Shown here one piece after another: positions 14,005 through 27,151 of a stretch of DNA of 64,000 nt. Below the pieces are notes generated by a model. That model had not been told where the DNA came from. It was given only the letters and a program-made list of their open reading frames with translations, and did not search any database. Within the stretch, counting starts at the first letter, position 1, and every line of letters begins with the position of its first letter. The stretch lies in NCBI GenBank assembly GCA_051362555.1, contig CM120641.1:30510401-30574400 (forward strand). Reading direction: 5' to 3'. Made by a program: the position numbers and the translations under genes. This DNA comes from Lingula anatina (taxonomy: Eukaryota > Animalia > Brachiopoda).

Positions 14005-15253
14005 AGATTAGCATTTGGCAATCACATCTATGCTGACGATACACAAATTTTTACATGCTGTAATGTAGAAAATCCTAATGAATCAATTGAAAATCTGTCT
14101 AGGTGTATTGATGATCTACAAGGGTGGTTGATGAGAACTAAGTTGAAAATCAATGATGGAAAATCTGAACGTTTAGTTGTAACCCAGCCAAATAATCAGA
14201 AAATATCAGAAAAAATTGAACTCAAAATTGGATCCAGTATCATAAAGCCAATGCCCCATGCTAAGAATCTTGGTGTTTTTTAGATAGAACACTTTCTATG
14301 AATAAGCTTATTGCTAGCATATGCAAGTCAGCAGCATATAACATTAGGAACATAGGCGCAATTCGTAATCACCTATCTGACTCTGCTGCAGCTACAGTTG
14401 CAAATTGTTTAGTAACATCTAGATTGGATTATTGTAATTCTATTTTATATGCTTGTCCAAAAAACCAGATTAAAAGACTACAGCATATTTAGAACATCTC
14501 AGCTAGATTGTTAACCCGTACATCCATGAGTTACCATATCACCCCAGTTTTAAAAAAGTCACATTGGCTACAGGTACCTCTGCAAGCCAGGATTTTATTT
14601 AAATTTCTAGTCTTTGTTCATGATGCTTATTACAAAGTTGCACCGATCTACCTAAGTGAATTAGTCACTCACTATGTTCCAGCAAGAAACCTGCGGTTTG
14701 TAGACAAATTGTTACTTAAGCTGGTAAAAATCCACCTAAAAACTTATGGTGACATTTCTTTTAAATCAGCAGGTCCAAAGGAATGGAATTTATTACCACT
14801 GGAAATCCAATCAATTGAGTCTACCAGACATTTTAAAAAAGAATTGAAGACATACCTATTCAGGAAATTTTTTGATTAATCGTCTTTTAAATTGATTTTA
14901 CAAATTTTACAGTAATTGCATTTTTGCACTATAAGAAATAAGGCTGCTCTACCTATAATCCTTGATGTGTGCAAATAAGGCTGTTTTTTTTTTTTTTATC
15001 TAGAATTGATTATTTTTTTCTTAACAAATATGTTTTAGTTATGTACTATAAATACTTTTATGTGAGAATCTGTATGTTTTATCTAGAATACTCTTATTAT
15101 TATTTTTATTTTTTTTATTTATTTATTTTTTTTTGTCGTTAAGTTCTGTAATTTTTCTTTTATCTATTCCTAATAATTGATTTCTTAAGTAATTGTTTTA
15201 TGTATATGTGAAGTCCTCTGAACATGTTATAATGGATTTTAGACTCAAAATAA

Positions 15254-15297
<44 letters not shown>
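14005..15297 (+). mobile_element. 5'-truncated L2/Crack-clade LINE: RT C-terminus (to 14879), 3' UTR and (TTA)n tail
   Basis: Motifs HIYADDTQI, LKINDGKSE, VTSRLDYCNS, HITPVLKKSHWL, FKKELKTYLF, with a frameshift and a stop. Confidence 0.9.
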
Positions 15298-15300
<3 letters not shown>

Positions 15301-15867
15301 TTAACAGTTTTGCTGCCTTGTTTTCACAATGCTTGTCATTCAGTTAAACAGGGTCATAATTTTTCAAACAAAAATCCAATGTCCCTTCTTTGAACTTGGT
15401 TCTTGCTAATTAAACCTCTGCTGTTCATACACCCTATTTAAATGTTTGTCATATACATTACATAACATACAATGCAACATATATACAAAAGTTATGAGAG
15501 ATCGAAGAAATTTAATCATTTTGGTCACTTTACCACTGTATTACACCAGATAGAACTTTGCCTCACATTGGTTTCTCTTGTTGTGTTAAAAGAATGAGCA
15601 TTTATAAATAACAACTATTGCTGTTTTGTAATGGGAAGACCGTGGAAATTGTGATTTCAACTGTTGATAACTTGCTGTTGTATTATACATAGGGACCATT
15701 CAGAATGAGAAGAGCCAAGTGCTAGCCAGGCCATATGACCTAAATATGGCAAACCTACATGAAAGGAAGACCGCTTAATCCTGTAATGGTCTCTCCACCT
15801 CTTACAAGCCTCCCCGCGCATCGTCTCTGCAGGGCCACAGTAATTTAATCTCGGTTCAATTCAACCA

Positions 15868-16022
15868 GTTGCAGTTGCATTATGGGAATACATTGAGCAT
15901 TGTGACAACAACAATTGCAGTTGCATTATGGGAATACATCTTAAGCATTGTGACATCAACAATTGCAGTTGCATTATGGGAATACATTGAACATTCTGAC
16001 ATCAACAGTTGCAGTTGCATTA
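15868..16022. repeat. 46-bp minisatellite, about 3.5 units (same family as 26340-30715)
   Basis: Unit GCAGTTGCATTATGGGAATACATTGA(A/G)CATTGTGACATCAACAATT. Confidence 0.9.
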
Positions 16023-18818
16023 TTGTACCACCAGCGTAGGCGCTGGCGGTACCCATGGTTTTAGTCCCGACCCGTATGTTCCGCCGGCTCCGCCGGCTCC
16101 TGCGGCTCCGCCGGCAAGTCACCGTTACCGCTTCTCCTCCTAGACAGTAAGGGCCCCTGTACCCATCTCTTGGATTTAGGTCACCTATAATCTCAACTCG
16201 TTCCACATAAAATTTGGGCTTTGTCGGTATTGGGGTCTAGGTGTGGCACTCATTGCAATGCACCCTTGTCTAAAAATGGCAAAATTAAATGCTAATTATC
16301 TACCCTACGGAAGGAGTTATGGGAAAAATTTCTACAGACAGCTTTCCAAAAGTCATATGTGTAGATTTCAAATATGCCCTTGGATTTGACCTTTGACCTT
16401 TATTTCAAGGTCAAACGGGCCAAAATTTTCAAAAAAATGAAATTTTTTATGAAAAAAATTTTTTTTGCCCTGTTATTCAGACACCACACAGACTTAACCA
16501 ATAATATTATTTGAAAGTGTTACCCTTCGGGTCATCTTTCATCTCCTTGAATTTGGGGTCAATCGGTGCATTTTCACGGGAGTAGCGGCCATAAGATACT
16601 GAAACTGAAAACTGTCTCTAATTCGGGAACCGTTTATGCTAGAGACCTATTCTTTTTTGCATTTTGTAGAGCATGTAAAGCCCAACACTGAAGGTGGTCT
16701 CCGTTTTTTTGTATTCCATATGGTTTTCAAGTTATGCTGTATCAAAAAGTACATATTGGTGGTGAAAGCAAAATGTGCAGTACGGTAATGGATAATAAAT
16801 TTTGAACCCCGGGAAAATAAAACATAAGGCTTGGCGAGGCAGACAACTTCTGGTCAAAAATGACATTATTTCATGAAATTTGAACATCTGGAACTTCTGA
16901 GCACCTCCCATTTCAAGAATTTCAACCCAAATGACCTTTTCTTTATTTTAATTAATTTTTTCTGTACGAAATTTATGGCACATTATTGTAACTCCAAAAT
17001 TATAACATTTAGTCCCTTATATCTCCAAAACTGGCAGAGATAGGTCCGTAGTTACTATTGGAGTTGAATAGGAAGTCATATAGTGGCAATCTAAATATGA
17101 CCTTGAAATTGACCTTTGGCCTACTTTTAACTATGAACTGAACTTTGCAAATGTTTGTTCCCTTATATCTCCAAAAGTGGCAGAGATATGTCCATAGTTA
17201 CTATTAAAGTTGAATAGGAAGTCACATACTGGCAATTTAACAGTGACCTTAAAATTGACCTTTGACCTACTTTTACCAATGAATTGAACTTTGCAAGTTT
17301 TTGTTCTCTTTTATCTCCCAAACTGGCAGAGATAGGTCCATAGTTACTATTGAACTTGAATAGGAAGTCACATATTGGCAATCTAAATGTGACCTTGAAA
17401 TTGACCTTTGACCTACTTTTCACCATGAATTGAATTTTGCAAATTTTAGTTCCCTTTTATCTCCAAAACTGGCAGAGATAGGTCCATAGTTACTATTGAA
17501 CTTGAATGAGAAGTCATATAGTGGCAATCTAAATGTGACCTTAAAATTGACCTTTGACCTACTTTTAACTATGAACTGAACTTTGCAAATTTTTGTTTCC
17601 TTATATCTCCAAAAGTGGCAGAGATAGGTCCATAGTTACTATTAAAGTTGAATAGGAAGTCACATACTGGCAATTTAACAGTGACCTTAAAATTGACCTT
17701 TGACCTACTTTTACCAATGAATTGAACTTTGCAAGTTTTTGTTCTCTTTTATCTCCCAAACTGGCAGAGATAGGTCCATAGTTACTATTGAACTTGAATA
17801 GGAAGTCATATATTGGCAATTTACTGTGACCTTGAAATTGACCTTTGACCTACTTTTTACCATGAACTGAACTTTGCACATTTTTGTTCCCTTTTATCTC
17901 CAAAACTGGCAAAGATGCGCCCATAGTTTACTATTGAATTTGAATAGAAAGTCATTAGAGGCAATTTACTTCAACCTTTAAATTGACTTTTGACCTACTT
18001 TTCACCATGAACTGAACTTTGCAAATTTTCATTCCCTTTTATCTCCAAAACTGACAGAGATAGGTCCATAGTTACTATTGAACTTGAATGGGAAGTCATA
18101 TACTGGCAATCTAAGTGTGACCTTGAAATTGACCTTTGACCTACTTTTTACTATGAACTGAATTTTGCAAATTTTCGTTCTCCTTTATCTCCAAAACTGA
18201 CAGAGATAGGTCCATAGTTACTATTGAACTTAAATAGGAAGTAATACACTAGCAATCTGTGACCTTGAAATTGACCTTTGACCTACTTTTTATGATGAAC
18301 TGCTTTTTGCATGTTTTCTGGCCTTTAAATCTGCAAAATTGGCAAAGAAATGCCCATGGTTGCTATTGAACTTGAACAGAAATTCATATACTATGATATT
18401 GAAATTGACCTTTGACCTACTTTTTCATCATGAACTGAGCCTTGCATATTTTCTTGCCTCTCATATCTTTAAAACTAGCAGAGATGTGCCCATTGTTTCC
18501 CCTAGGTTTTCTCTTTTGACAGCATATATGCACCACTGACAACACATTTCAAGGTAAACCAATAGGCCTTTTGTCTAGAGAATACAGGAGTGATCAAGGG
18601 TAGGAAAATGCAAGTCAATTTGAAAATCTGCTTGATTGTACCATTTTTAGTTATATTTTTTTGCATATTTTGAGAACTCTTGTTGATTGCATTTTATAGA
18701 GCTTGTCAAGCACAAGACTGGTGAGGATGTCCCTTTTTGGAGGGGGGGGTCCATACGAATGCGCTTACTCCAGCTGGTGGTACAATATCCGGAGGCGGTA
18801 TCGCCTCTGATCCTCTTG
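16023..18818 (+). mobile_element. Helentron-associated (HINE/DINE-1-like) non-autonomous element, copy 1, with internal satellite
   Basis: Subterminal IRs TTGTACCACCAGC / GCTGGTGGTACAA, a 5' palindrome, CCGGCT microrepeat, 3' hairpin GAGGCG-GTAT-CGCCTC and a CTTG|TT end. Confidence 0.85.
17021..18495. repeat. 146-bp tandem satellite, about 10 units
   Basis: ATCTCC anchor at 17021, 17167, 17313, 17459, 17605, 17751, 17896, 18041 and 18187. Contains the TGACCTTTGACCT motif. Confidence 0.95.
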
Positions 18819-19234
18819 TTGCTGTTGTTGTTGTTGTCCCCAACATTTCTGTTTTAGCTGTGCACCTTCATTGTTAATACGTTGAAAACTGTTAGATCTG
18901 TTGTCTTCAAACTGGCAGAACTGATGAACATGATCCCACCAATTTTTTTCATTAGTTAACCTTTTATCAGCTTGTATTCAAGGAAAACTGATAGGCCTTT
19001 TTTTTTCAAACCTTCAGGAGTGATCAATATTATTGTTATGCTGTTTTTTTGTTTGCATTTTGGCATATATTATTATACAGGGGGGATCCAAGATTATTTG
19101 AAGGGGGGTCCGCAGATGCAAAGTCCATCCTCCCCCCTCCAAAACACACACACACACACACACACATACACACTTGGTGTGCGGGGTTTGGGGCCCTTCG
19201 TGCTGTTTTTTTTTTTCAGTATGTATTATTCTTA

Positions 19235-19272
<38 letters not shown>

Positions 19273-19391
19273 CAGATACCCTATTTCATGGAAAACAATT
19301 TGCCTGTCTTCAAACTCACATGACTGACAAATATGACTTAGATACAGCTGGTGTTTTAAAACCAGCCTGATCGCATATATACTGGTACTTT

Positions 19392-19640
19392 TTACCTCTG
19401 CCAAGGAGGTTATGTTTTCACCCCTGTTTGTCTGTCTGTCTGTCATCAATATAACTCAAAAAGTTATGGACCGATTTTGATGAAATTTTCAGGAACTGTC
19501 AGAAGTGGGCCAAGGAACACATGACTAGTTTTTGATGGTGGATCAATAATCAGAAATATTGAAAATTTAGGGGTGAAACTGCATTGGATGGAGACTTTGC
19601 TGCCTTGGCAGAGGTCTGTGCTCTCTGAGTGCTTTTCTAG
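19392..19640 (+). mobile_element. Short HINE-like element (different family)
   Basis: Subterminal IR ACCTCTGCCAAGG / CCTTGGCAGAGGT, (GTCT)n microsatellite, 3' hairpin and CTAG|T end. Confidence 0.8.
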
Positions 19641-21058
19641 TATTGTTGTTGTAATTAAAGGAGTGTGTGTGTTTGTGTGTATGTGTATGGAAAATTCAAT
19701 TTTTTTCATTATTGTATTTTCATAGTGTGACTATGAACTTCAATGGGCCTGAAGACTTTAGCTAGTATCATTTCTAAATATCTGTCATCTGCAGTATATA
19801 ATTAAAACTGGTGGTGATTATAAACATTATGTACATAGTATTGCATCGGACTTGAACAAAACCCTATTTTGGGCACTGCCACAGTAGTGGCCATTTAAAG
19901 TAAACCAGATACTTATAATTCTCAAACCTACAGAAAAATATGGTACAAGTAAAATACAGCTTGCCACCATAAATGCAATAAAAGGAAAACAGTGTGACTC
20001 ATTTTGGAGCTTATAAAAAAGATATGTAGAATTGACGTGTTTGTTTTATTTTGTTTGTTGCCCCAGTTATGCTTTAAATACAATGTTAAGCTTTAATTAC
20101 TGTAATGGTGTTTGAAGACATGCCCCATCCCAATACAATACAATACAATACAGTTTATTTCATGTCGGAAAGAATGAAAGTAGCTGAGTAGCTATTCATG
20201 GACAGAATAAATTAAATAATGATACAGCGTTTACTACTGTTGTTTCTAACTACTTCTGTTGATTGAAATTACAACAGGAAAATAAGGCCAAGCAGCTGAC
20301 ATAGTATGATACATTATTATAGTGAGTAATAATTAAGTTTACATTGAGACATCCATGGCATTGCAGAGATTACACTTGCACTTAGGTCCTTCCCATTTTT
20401 TTTTTAATCATTGTTTTTACTTCATTCAGACTAACACAAGCTTTTGGGTATTTTGTGGCTTTGAGGTTAAGCATAAGTTTTTGAAGTGGTTGTGAATATT
20501 TCCTTGATAAGTTTAAAACAAGTTTTATTTTTTGTTGTGTTACAATAAAGACTTCTCTCACATCTATTAATAGTAAATCATGAAAGTATTTAAATAAGGA
20601 GTGCATGCTGAGCTAGATGTAATTGGATAAAAAGTTTGCTGTTATAATATAAAGAGAAGGGGAGGTGGTGAACAATGCTAATTAACATTTGATAGCTTCT
20701 TGGTCATTCCAGAAGAAAGGGTACAATTCCAAAATGAGAAATGCAGAAATATGAACTTTGCAAAACTGGAAAACTTTTTACATTATTTTAATGAAGAGGT
20801 ATTCAGAGAGTGGCAGAAGAATTTTAACCCACTCTGTTACTGTATTTCAAGAAATATGCACGTGTAAACATAATACAATATTTTTTTGTTATGGAGGTTA
20901 GGTAACATCTAAATTAGGTTATATTTCAATCATTCCATACGTCATAGGTTCCATTTTTGATTCAATTACCAAGATTTTGTATGTATTTAAAAATATTGTT
21001 ACCTATTTAACATTTCTCTTCAATTACAGAAAATGCGGGGCTAACACTTTGGAAATAA

Positions 21059-22797
21059 TTGTACCACCAGCGTTAGCGCTGGCGGTACACATGGTTTCGG
21101 TCCCGTCCGGATCGTTCCGCCGGCTCCGCCAGCTCCGCCGGCTCCGCCGGACGGCTACCGTTACCGCTTCTCCTCCTAGACAGTAAGGGCCCCCGTACCC
21201 ATCTCATGGATTTAGGTCACCTATAATCTCAACTCGTTCCACGTAAAATTTGGGCTTTGTCTGTATTGGGGTCTGGGTGTGGCACTCATTACAATGCACC
21301 CTTGTCTAAAAATGGCAAAATTAAATGCTAATTATCTACCCTACGGAAGGAGTTATGGGAAAAATTTCTATAGACGGCTTTCCAAAAGTCATATGTGTAG
21401 ATTTCAAATATACCCTTGGATTTGACCTTTGACCTCTACTTCAAGGTCAAATGGGCCAAAATTTTCAAAAAAATGAAATTTTTTACGAAAAAAATTTTTT
21501 TTGCCCTGTTATTCAGACACCACACAGACTTAACCAATAATATTATTGGAAAGTGTTACCCTTCAGGTCATCTTTCATCTCCATGAATTTGGGGTCAATC
21601 GGTGCATTTTCACGGGAGTAGCGGCCATAAGATACCGAAACTGAAAACTGTCTCTAATTCGGGAACCGTTAATGCTAGAGACCCATTCTTTTTTGCATTT
21701 TGTAGAGCATGTAAAGCCCAACACTGGAAGTGGTCTCGGTTTTTTTGTATTCCATACGGTTTTCGAGTTACTCTGTATCAAAAAGTACATATTGGTGGTA
21801 AAAGCAAAATGTGCAGTACGGTAATGGATAATAAATTTTGAACTCTGGAAAAATAAAACATAAGGCTTGGCAAAGCAGACAACTTGTGTTCAAAAATGAC
21901 ATTATTTCATCAAATTTGAACTTCTGAAACTTCAGAGCACCTCCTATTTCAAGAATTTTGACCAAAATGACATTTTCTTTATTTTAATTAATTTTTTCTG
22001 TACGAAATTTAAGGCACATTATGGTAACTCCAAAATTATAACATCTAGTCCCTTATATCTCCAAAACTGGCAGAGATAGGTCCATAGTTACTATTGAAGT
22101 TGAATAGGAAGTCATATACTGGCAATCTTACTATGACCTTGAAATTGACCTTTGACCTACTTTTCACCATGAACTGAACTTTGCAAATTTTTCTTCCCTT
22201 TTATCTCCAAAACTGGCAGAGATAGGTCCATAGTTACTATTGAAGTTGAATAGGAAGTCATATACTGGCAATCTAAATGTGACCTTAAAATTGACCTTTG
22301 ACCTACTTTTCACCATGAACTGAATTTTGCAAATTTTGCTTCCCTTTTATCTCTTCTGGCTGAGATAGGTCCATAGTTACTATTGAAGTTGAATAGGAAG
22401 TCCTATACTGGCAATCTAAGTGTGACCTTGAAATTGACCTTTGACCGACTTTTTATCATGAACTGAACTCTGCTAATTTCTTTCTCTTTTAACTTCAAAC
22501 TTGACAGAGATAGGTCCATAGTTACTCTTGAACTTGAATAGGAAGTCATATACTGGCAATTTACTGTGACCTTGAAATTGACCCTTGACCTACCTTACGA
22601 AGAACTTAAATTTGATTGTACCATATATATTTTTTGCAATAGTTAAAAAATTCTTGTTGATTGCATTTTTACAGCTTGTCAAGCACAAAACTGGTGGCTG
22701 TGTCCCTTATTTTGTGTATGTGGGGGTCTATACGAATGCGTTTGCTCCAGCTGGTGGTACAATATTTGGAGGCGGTATCGCCTCTCTGATCCTCTAG
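21059..22797 (+). mobile_element. HINE copy 2 with about 4 units of the 146-bp satellite
   Basis: Highly similar to 16023-18818, with the same termini and a CTAG|TT end. Confidence 0.85.
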
Positions 22798-23639
22798 TTA
22801 AGTCACATGTTTTCTATAAATACAAAGCCTGAGGTATTCCAATTTAAATATTTTAAAAGTCACTGGGAACAGTCTTGCTTTTATATCATACTAGTTGTTT
22901 ATGAACAAAGTGCTATCCATCTGTTGTAATATAGATCAATCAGCACACAAATATCCAATGTGCAAATAAAAAATGAACAATTTGGTAATGGAGGTTAGGT
23001 CAAAAGCAACAGTATTTGTTTAGATTTTTTAAAGTCAAAAGTAAACTTCAGAAGCTGAATTCAGGATTTGTAGTATTACAGATATGACAAATGTCACATA
23101 ATAAGATAGAAAAATTAATAAAAGATGTTTATTCAAATCAACAAATGGCAAATGGTTACAGTGGGTGTTATGTTTGCTTTTAAAGGAACTACATAAATAC
23201 CATTATCACTACTGGATACATTTCATGGCCAATATGTTGATTGCTGCATCTGTAGAATTCACATTCCATATATTTTACCAGAGTAAGAGTTAATTTTATT
23301 ATCTTAGCAACAGAGGTTAGGTAAAACTGTAGCCTAAATTATGCCATCATTTAAACCGTTCAAATGTCTGGTGGTGGTGTAAAACAGTGTTTGCCACTCC
23401 CAGAAGATTGGGGCAGATCTGGTAGTTTCTGGATGATTTTTTCAAAGCTTGTCCAAATTGGACTTTATAATAGGTTCATTTCAAAAATCTTTGGTTATTA
23501 CACTATTTTGCTGTTTTCTTTCAATCCAGATAAGTTACAGTTGGATACTTTGTATAATGTACCGGTATAACACTGAAGTACCTTCCTACTACTTTTGACT
23601 AGGATAGTAGTTGTTCAGTTTGTGGATAAACTGGAATTA

Positions 23640-25611
23640 CGGTAATGTGCCATGAATTTTGTACAGTAGAAAATAATTAAATTTGGGAAAAGATCGTTTT
23701 GGTCGTAATTCATGAAATGGAGGTGCTCAGAACCTCCAAACGTTAAAATTTCATGGAATTCTGTCAATTTTGACCTAGGCCTTATGTTACCTTCTCTCAA
23801 TGATCTATTTAGAGTTACCATGATGAATGATGGGTGAGTGTCGGTAATTGCGACCCAAGGGATATATATACTTTCACCCCATCACTCTGTATGTCCGAAG
23901 GTGGTACTGTTGGCTAGGGACGCAAATCAGCATCATTATCAGTAGTGTCCTTTTTCAAAAGCGAAACTGGCAGCCGGAAACTATAGTATCATTTTGAGAA
24001 TGATCCTTGTGCTCAGAACAGGAGTGGACGGAGGAAGAGACAGCCGGAGATTGGTGTTTACCCTGTCCAGATAACTTTCACTGTGGAAGCTGGGCTTAGT
24101 ATTACCATTGCTCCTTTCCATGCGCTGAAGCCGTAACAATTAACAACCGATTGGTGTCTATGGCGCAGATAGCCTTTATTGGCGATTAGCGTCCTCACCT
24201 TACTGTGCGCCGGTCGGTGTCTTCGAAGTCAGCTTTGAGGTCAGGTTCTGCCTTCACTGCAGAAGCTGGCCTCAGCATTACGGCCTCTCTCTGCTGTGCA
24301 GGGAGGCCACTATGACCGCAGATCGATATGTACAGTGCAGAGGTAGCCTTTACCACAGCAGTCAAACTGTGTATTACAGTCTCTCTCCACCATGCACTGC
24401 AACCAAGATAACTGCTGATTGTTGTCTACAATCAAATATACTTGGTCGGGGGGGGGGGGGGGGGTACCTCTAGGTGCAGGCCTCGATATCCATGGTTGTG
24501 TGGTTGCCTTTTACAACCACTTTTATTTTTTTTGCTCAGGCAACCCAATCTTGACCAGCAGCTGTCCGACAACACAACTGATTTCCTGGCACATACCTTG
24601 TAGATGCGTCAATGTACACATTTGAAAAGTCTGTACGTTTTGTCATTTAAACCATCTTCAAACAAACACGTGAGTGATAGGTAATCTAGATGAAACCCAA
24701 AAGGCAATTTTCATATTTGTTACCAATCCAAGCAAGACAGAAAGGCCATTTTCATATTCATTCAAGAGACTGGAAGATCGTTAATGGGAGATTGTGAGCG
24801 ATCTGAGTGTGATGATAAGGCAATTTCCATACTAGTTCAAGGGACTTCGTTATTGTATTTGTTTGCAAGAGATCATCAACATTCTGAGCAAGACTATAAG
24901 TTTGGACATTTTGTCCATGCTAGAAGGCAATTTTCATATAGTCAGTGGGAAATGGTTAGCGATCCTAGCAACGAGAAGGCAATTTTTATATTTGTTCCAA
25001 GGACTTTGTTAGCGGAAGATCGTCACCAGGAGATCAACAGCGATTTGAGCGAAACGAGAAGGCAGTTTTCATATTTGTTCAAGGGACTTCATAAGCGGGA
25101 GATCGTGAACGATCCCAGCGAGACAAGAAAACAATAGTGGTAATCTTGCAGTTCTTAATTGCTTCTTTTGTTCTGTTACAGAAGTGCCTACTGTTGACAA
25201 TGCTATTGTGCGCCTCAGCAAAACTACTGATTGCTATCTCACACGGAGTACTCGGGTAAAGAATAGACTGTGACAGTGCAACTCATAATTGATTCTCCTG
25301 TTATCTTAATGAATGGTGATGACGAAGTTGTTTAGCATCCTAAGCTAACTGTACCGATCGTTATCTTGCACCTGGGGCTACACACGTAGTACTCAGGTAA
25401 AGGTACGCTAGGGCAACATTGTTGACTGTTAGATCTTTATGAGCGCTATAATAGCCCGATGGCTGATTTTAATGTGTACGTAATTCACGAAAATCAAGAT
25501 CGCACAAACTTGCTTTCTGGTCGAAATTCATGGTCCATAAAAAACTCCAGACGACCGATTTTAAAATTGTTACAAATTTAAGAGCTGTTCGAAATTCATG
25601 GCACATTACCG
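23640..25611. mobile_element. Non-autonomous Tc1/mariner-type TIR element
   Basis: TIR CGGTAATGTGCCATGAATTT / AAATTCATGGCACATTACCG with TA on both sides. No intact transposase. Confidence 0.8.
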
Positions 25612-26339
25612 TAAGATGAACCACTGTATGTAGAATTTGTAGCATTCTAATGGGTAGATAGTGAGTTATTGCAGAGCATAGATTGTGAAAACCAGTTCAG
25701 AATGTCTCAGTATTGTCTGCAGAGCACCATTCTGTACTATTCCTATCTCAGCAATTTTCTTAATGATCATATAAAAATGACTGTTAATTAATTATTTTGT
25801 TTTATGTAAAAAAGTGTTGAAAACTCATTTCAGTATAGTTATCTCTTGTTGTCTGTACATTTGACAATTTTGCTGCCTTGTTTTAGCATTGTTGAAAAGA
25901 ATTTTGGTGTTTGTATATTTATCAGCTTTGTTCTCTAGTTTTAATTATTTTCTTTCATGACAAATAAGTTTTTAATTATTTTATTTCTTTGAATTTTAGT
26001 GTTAGGAAATAGATATGGTATATTGTCAAAAAAGGAGAAGATGGACTTAGAGAACTGATATGATACACTGTAAGATGTGCTATCCAGGAAGATTGCAGCT
26101 TCATGCAGTCACCCCATACTACTGTTATCTGATGTGCTTTACAAAATGTGGCTGCCCAAACCATCCCAAACCACTGTATAACCTGTAGAATAGTTCAAGG
26201 TCATGAGGGAAGGCAGGTAAGAAAATCATTTTGGTCACTTTACCACCTTATAATGCCAGATAAAACTTTGCTGCATATTGTAATCAATTTGGTATCTCTT
26301 GTTGTATTATGAAAATTTATTGAGCATTTAAACAACAAC

Positions 26340-26931
26340 AATTGCCGGAAAGACATTGAACATTGTGACATCAACAATTGCTGTTATATTATGGGAAGAC
26401 ATTGAACATTGTGAAGTCAACAATTGCTGTTGTATTATGGGAAGACATTGACATTGTGACATCAACAATTGCTGTTGTATTATGGAAAGACATTGAACAT
26501 TGTGAAGTCAACAATTGCTCTTGTATTATGGGAAAACATTGAACATTGTGACAAAATTGCTGTTGTATTATGGGAAGACATTGAACATTGTGACATCAAC
26601 AATTGCTGTTGTATTATGGGAAGACATTGAACATTGTGACGTCAACAATTGCTGTTGTATGATGGGAAGACATTGAACATTGTGACATCAACAATTGCTG
26701 TTGTATTATGGGAAAACATTGAAGATTGTGACAACAACAATTGCTATTGTATTATGGGAAAACATTGAACATTGGGACATCAACAATTGCTGTCATATTA
26801 TGGGAAGACATTGAACATTGGGACATCAACAATTGCTGTTGTATTGTGGGAAGACATTGAACATTGGGACATCAACAATTGCTGTTGTATTATGGGAACA
26901 CATTGTGACATCAGCAATTGCTGTCATATTA
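26340..26931. repeat. 46-bp minisatellite, about 13 units (continues at 30477-30715)
   Basis: Unit TTGAACATTGTGACATCAACAATTGCTGTTGTATTATGGGAAGACA. Confidence 0.95.
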
Positions 26932-27151
26932 CACTCGGAACTACTTGGATGTCTCCGCACTCGACAATAACCTCGGACGTAATACGGAGGCAGCCATATT
27001 TGATTGTTAATTGTTGGGAAGGAACTACTTTCAACCTCACGCTAATTTAAACCTAATTATTTCAACGCCTGTATCTATTTATCCTTTAAATCAAAGTCAA
27101 TCTTAGTGCATTGTTTGGCAAACTGTAAATCATCATAAAAAGCAGTGGTAT

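Noticed and set aside
17163-17819. Duplicated minus-strand ORFs
   Set aside because: They result from the 438-bp higher-order satellite repeat.
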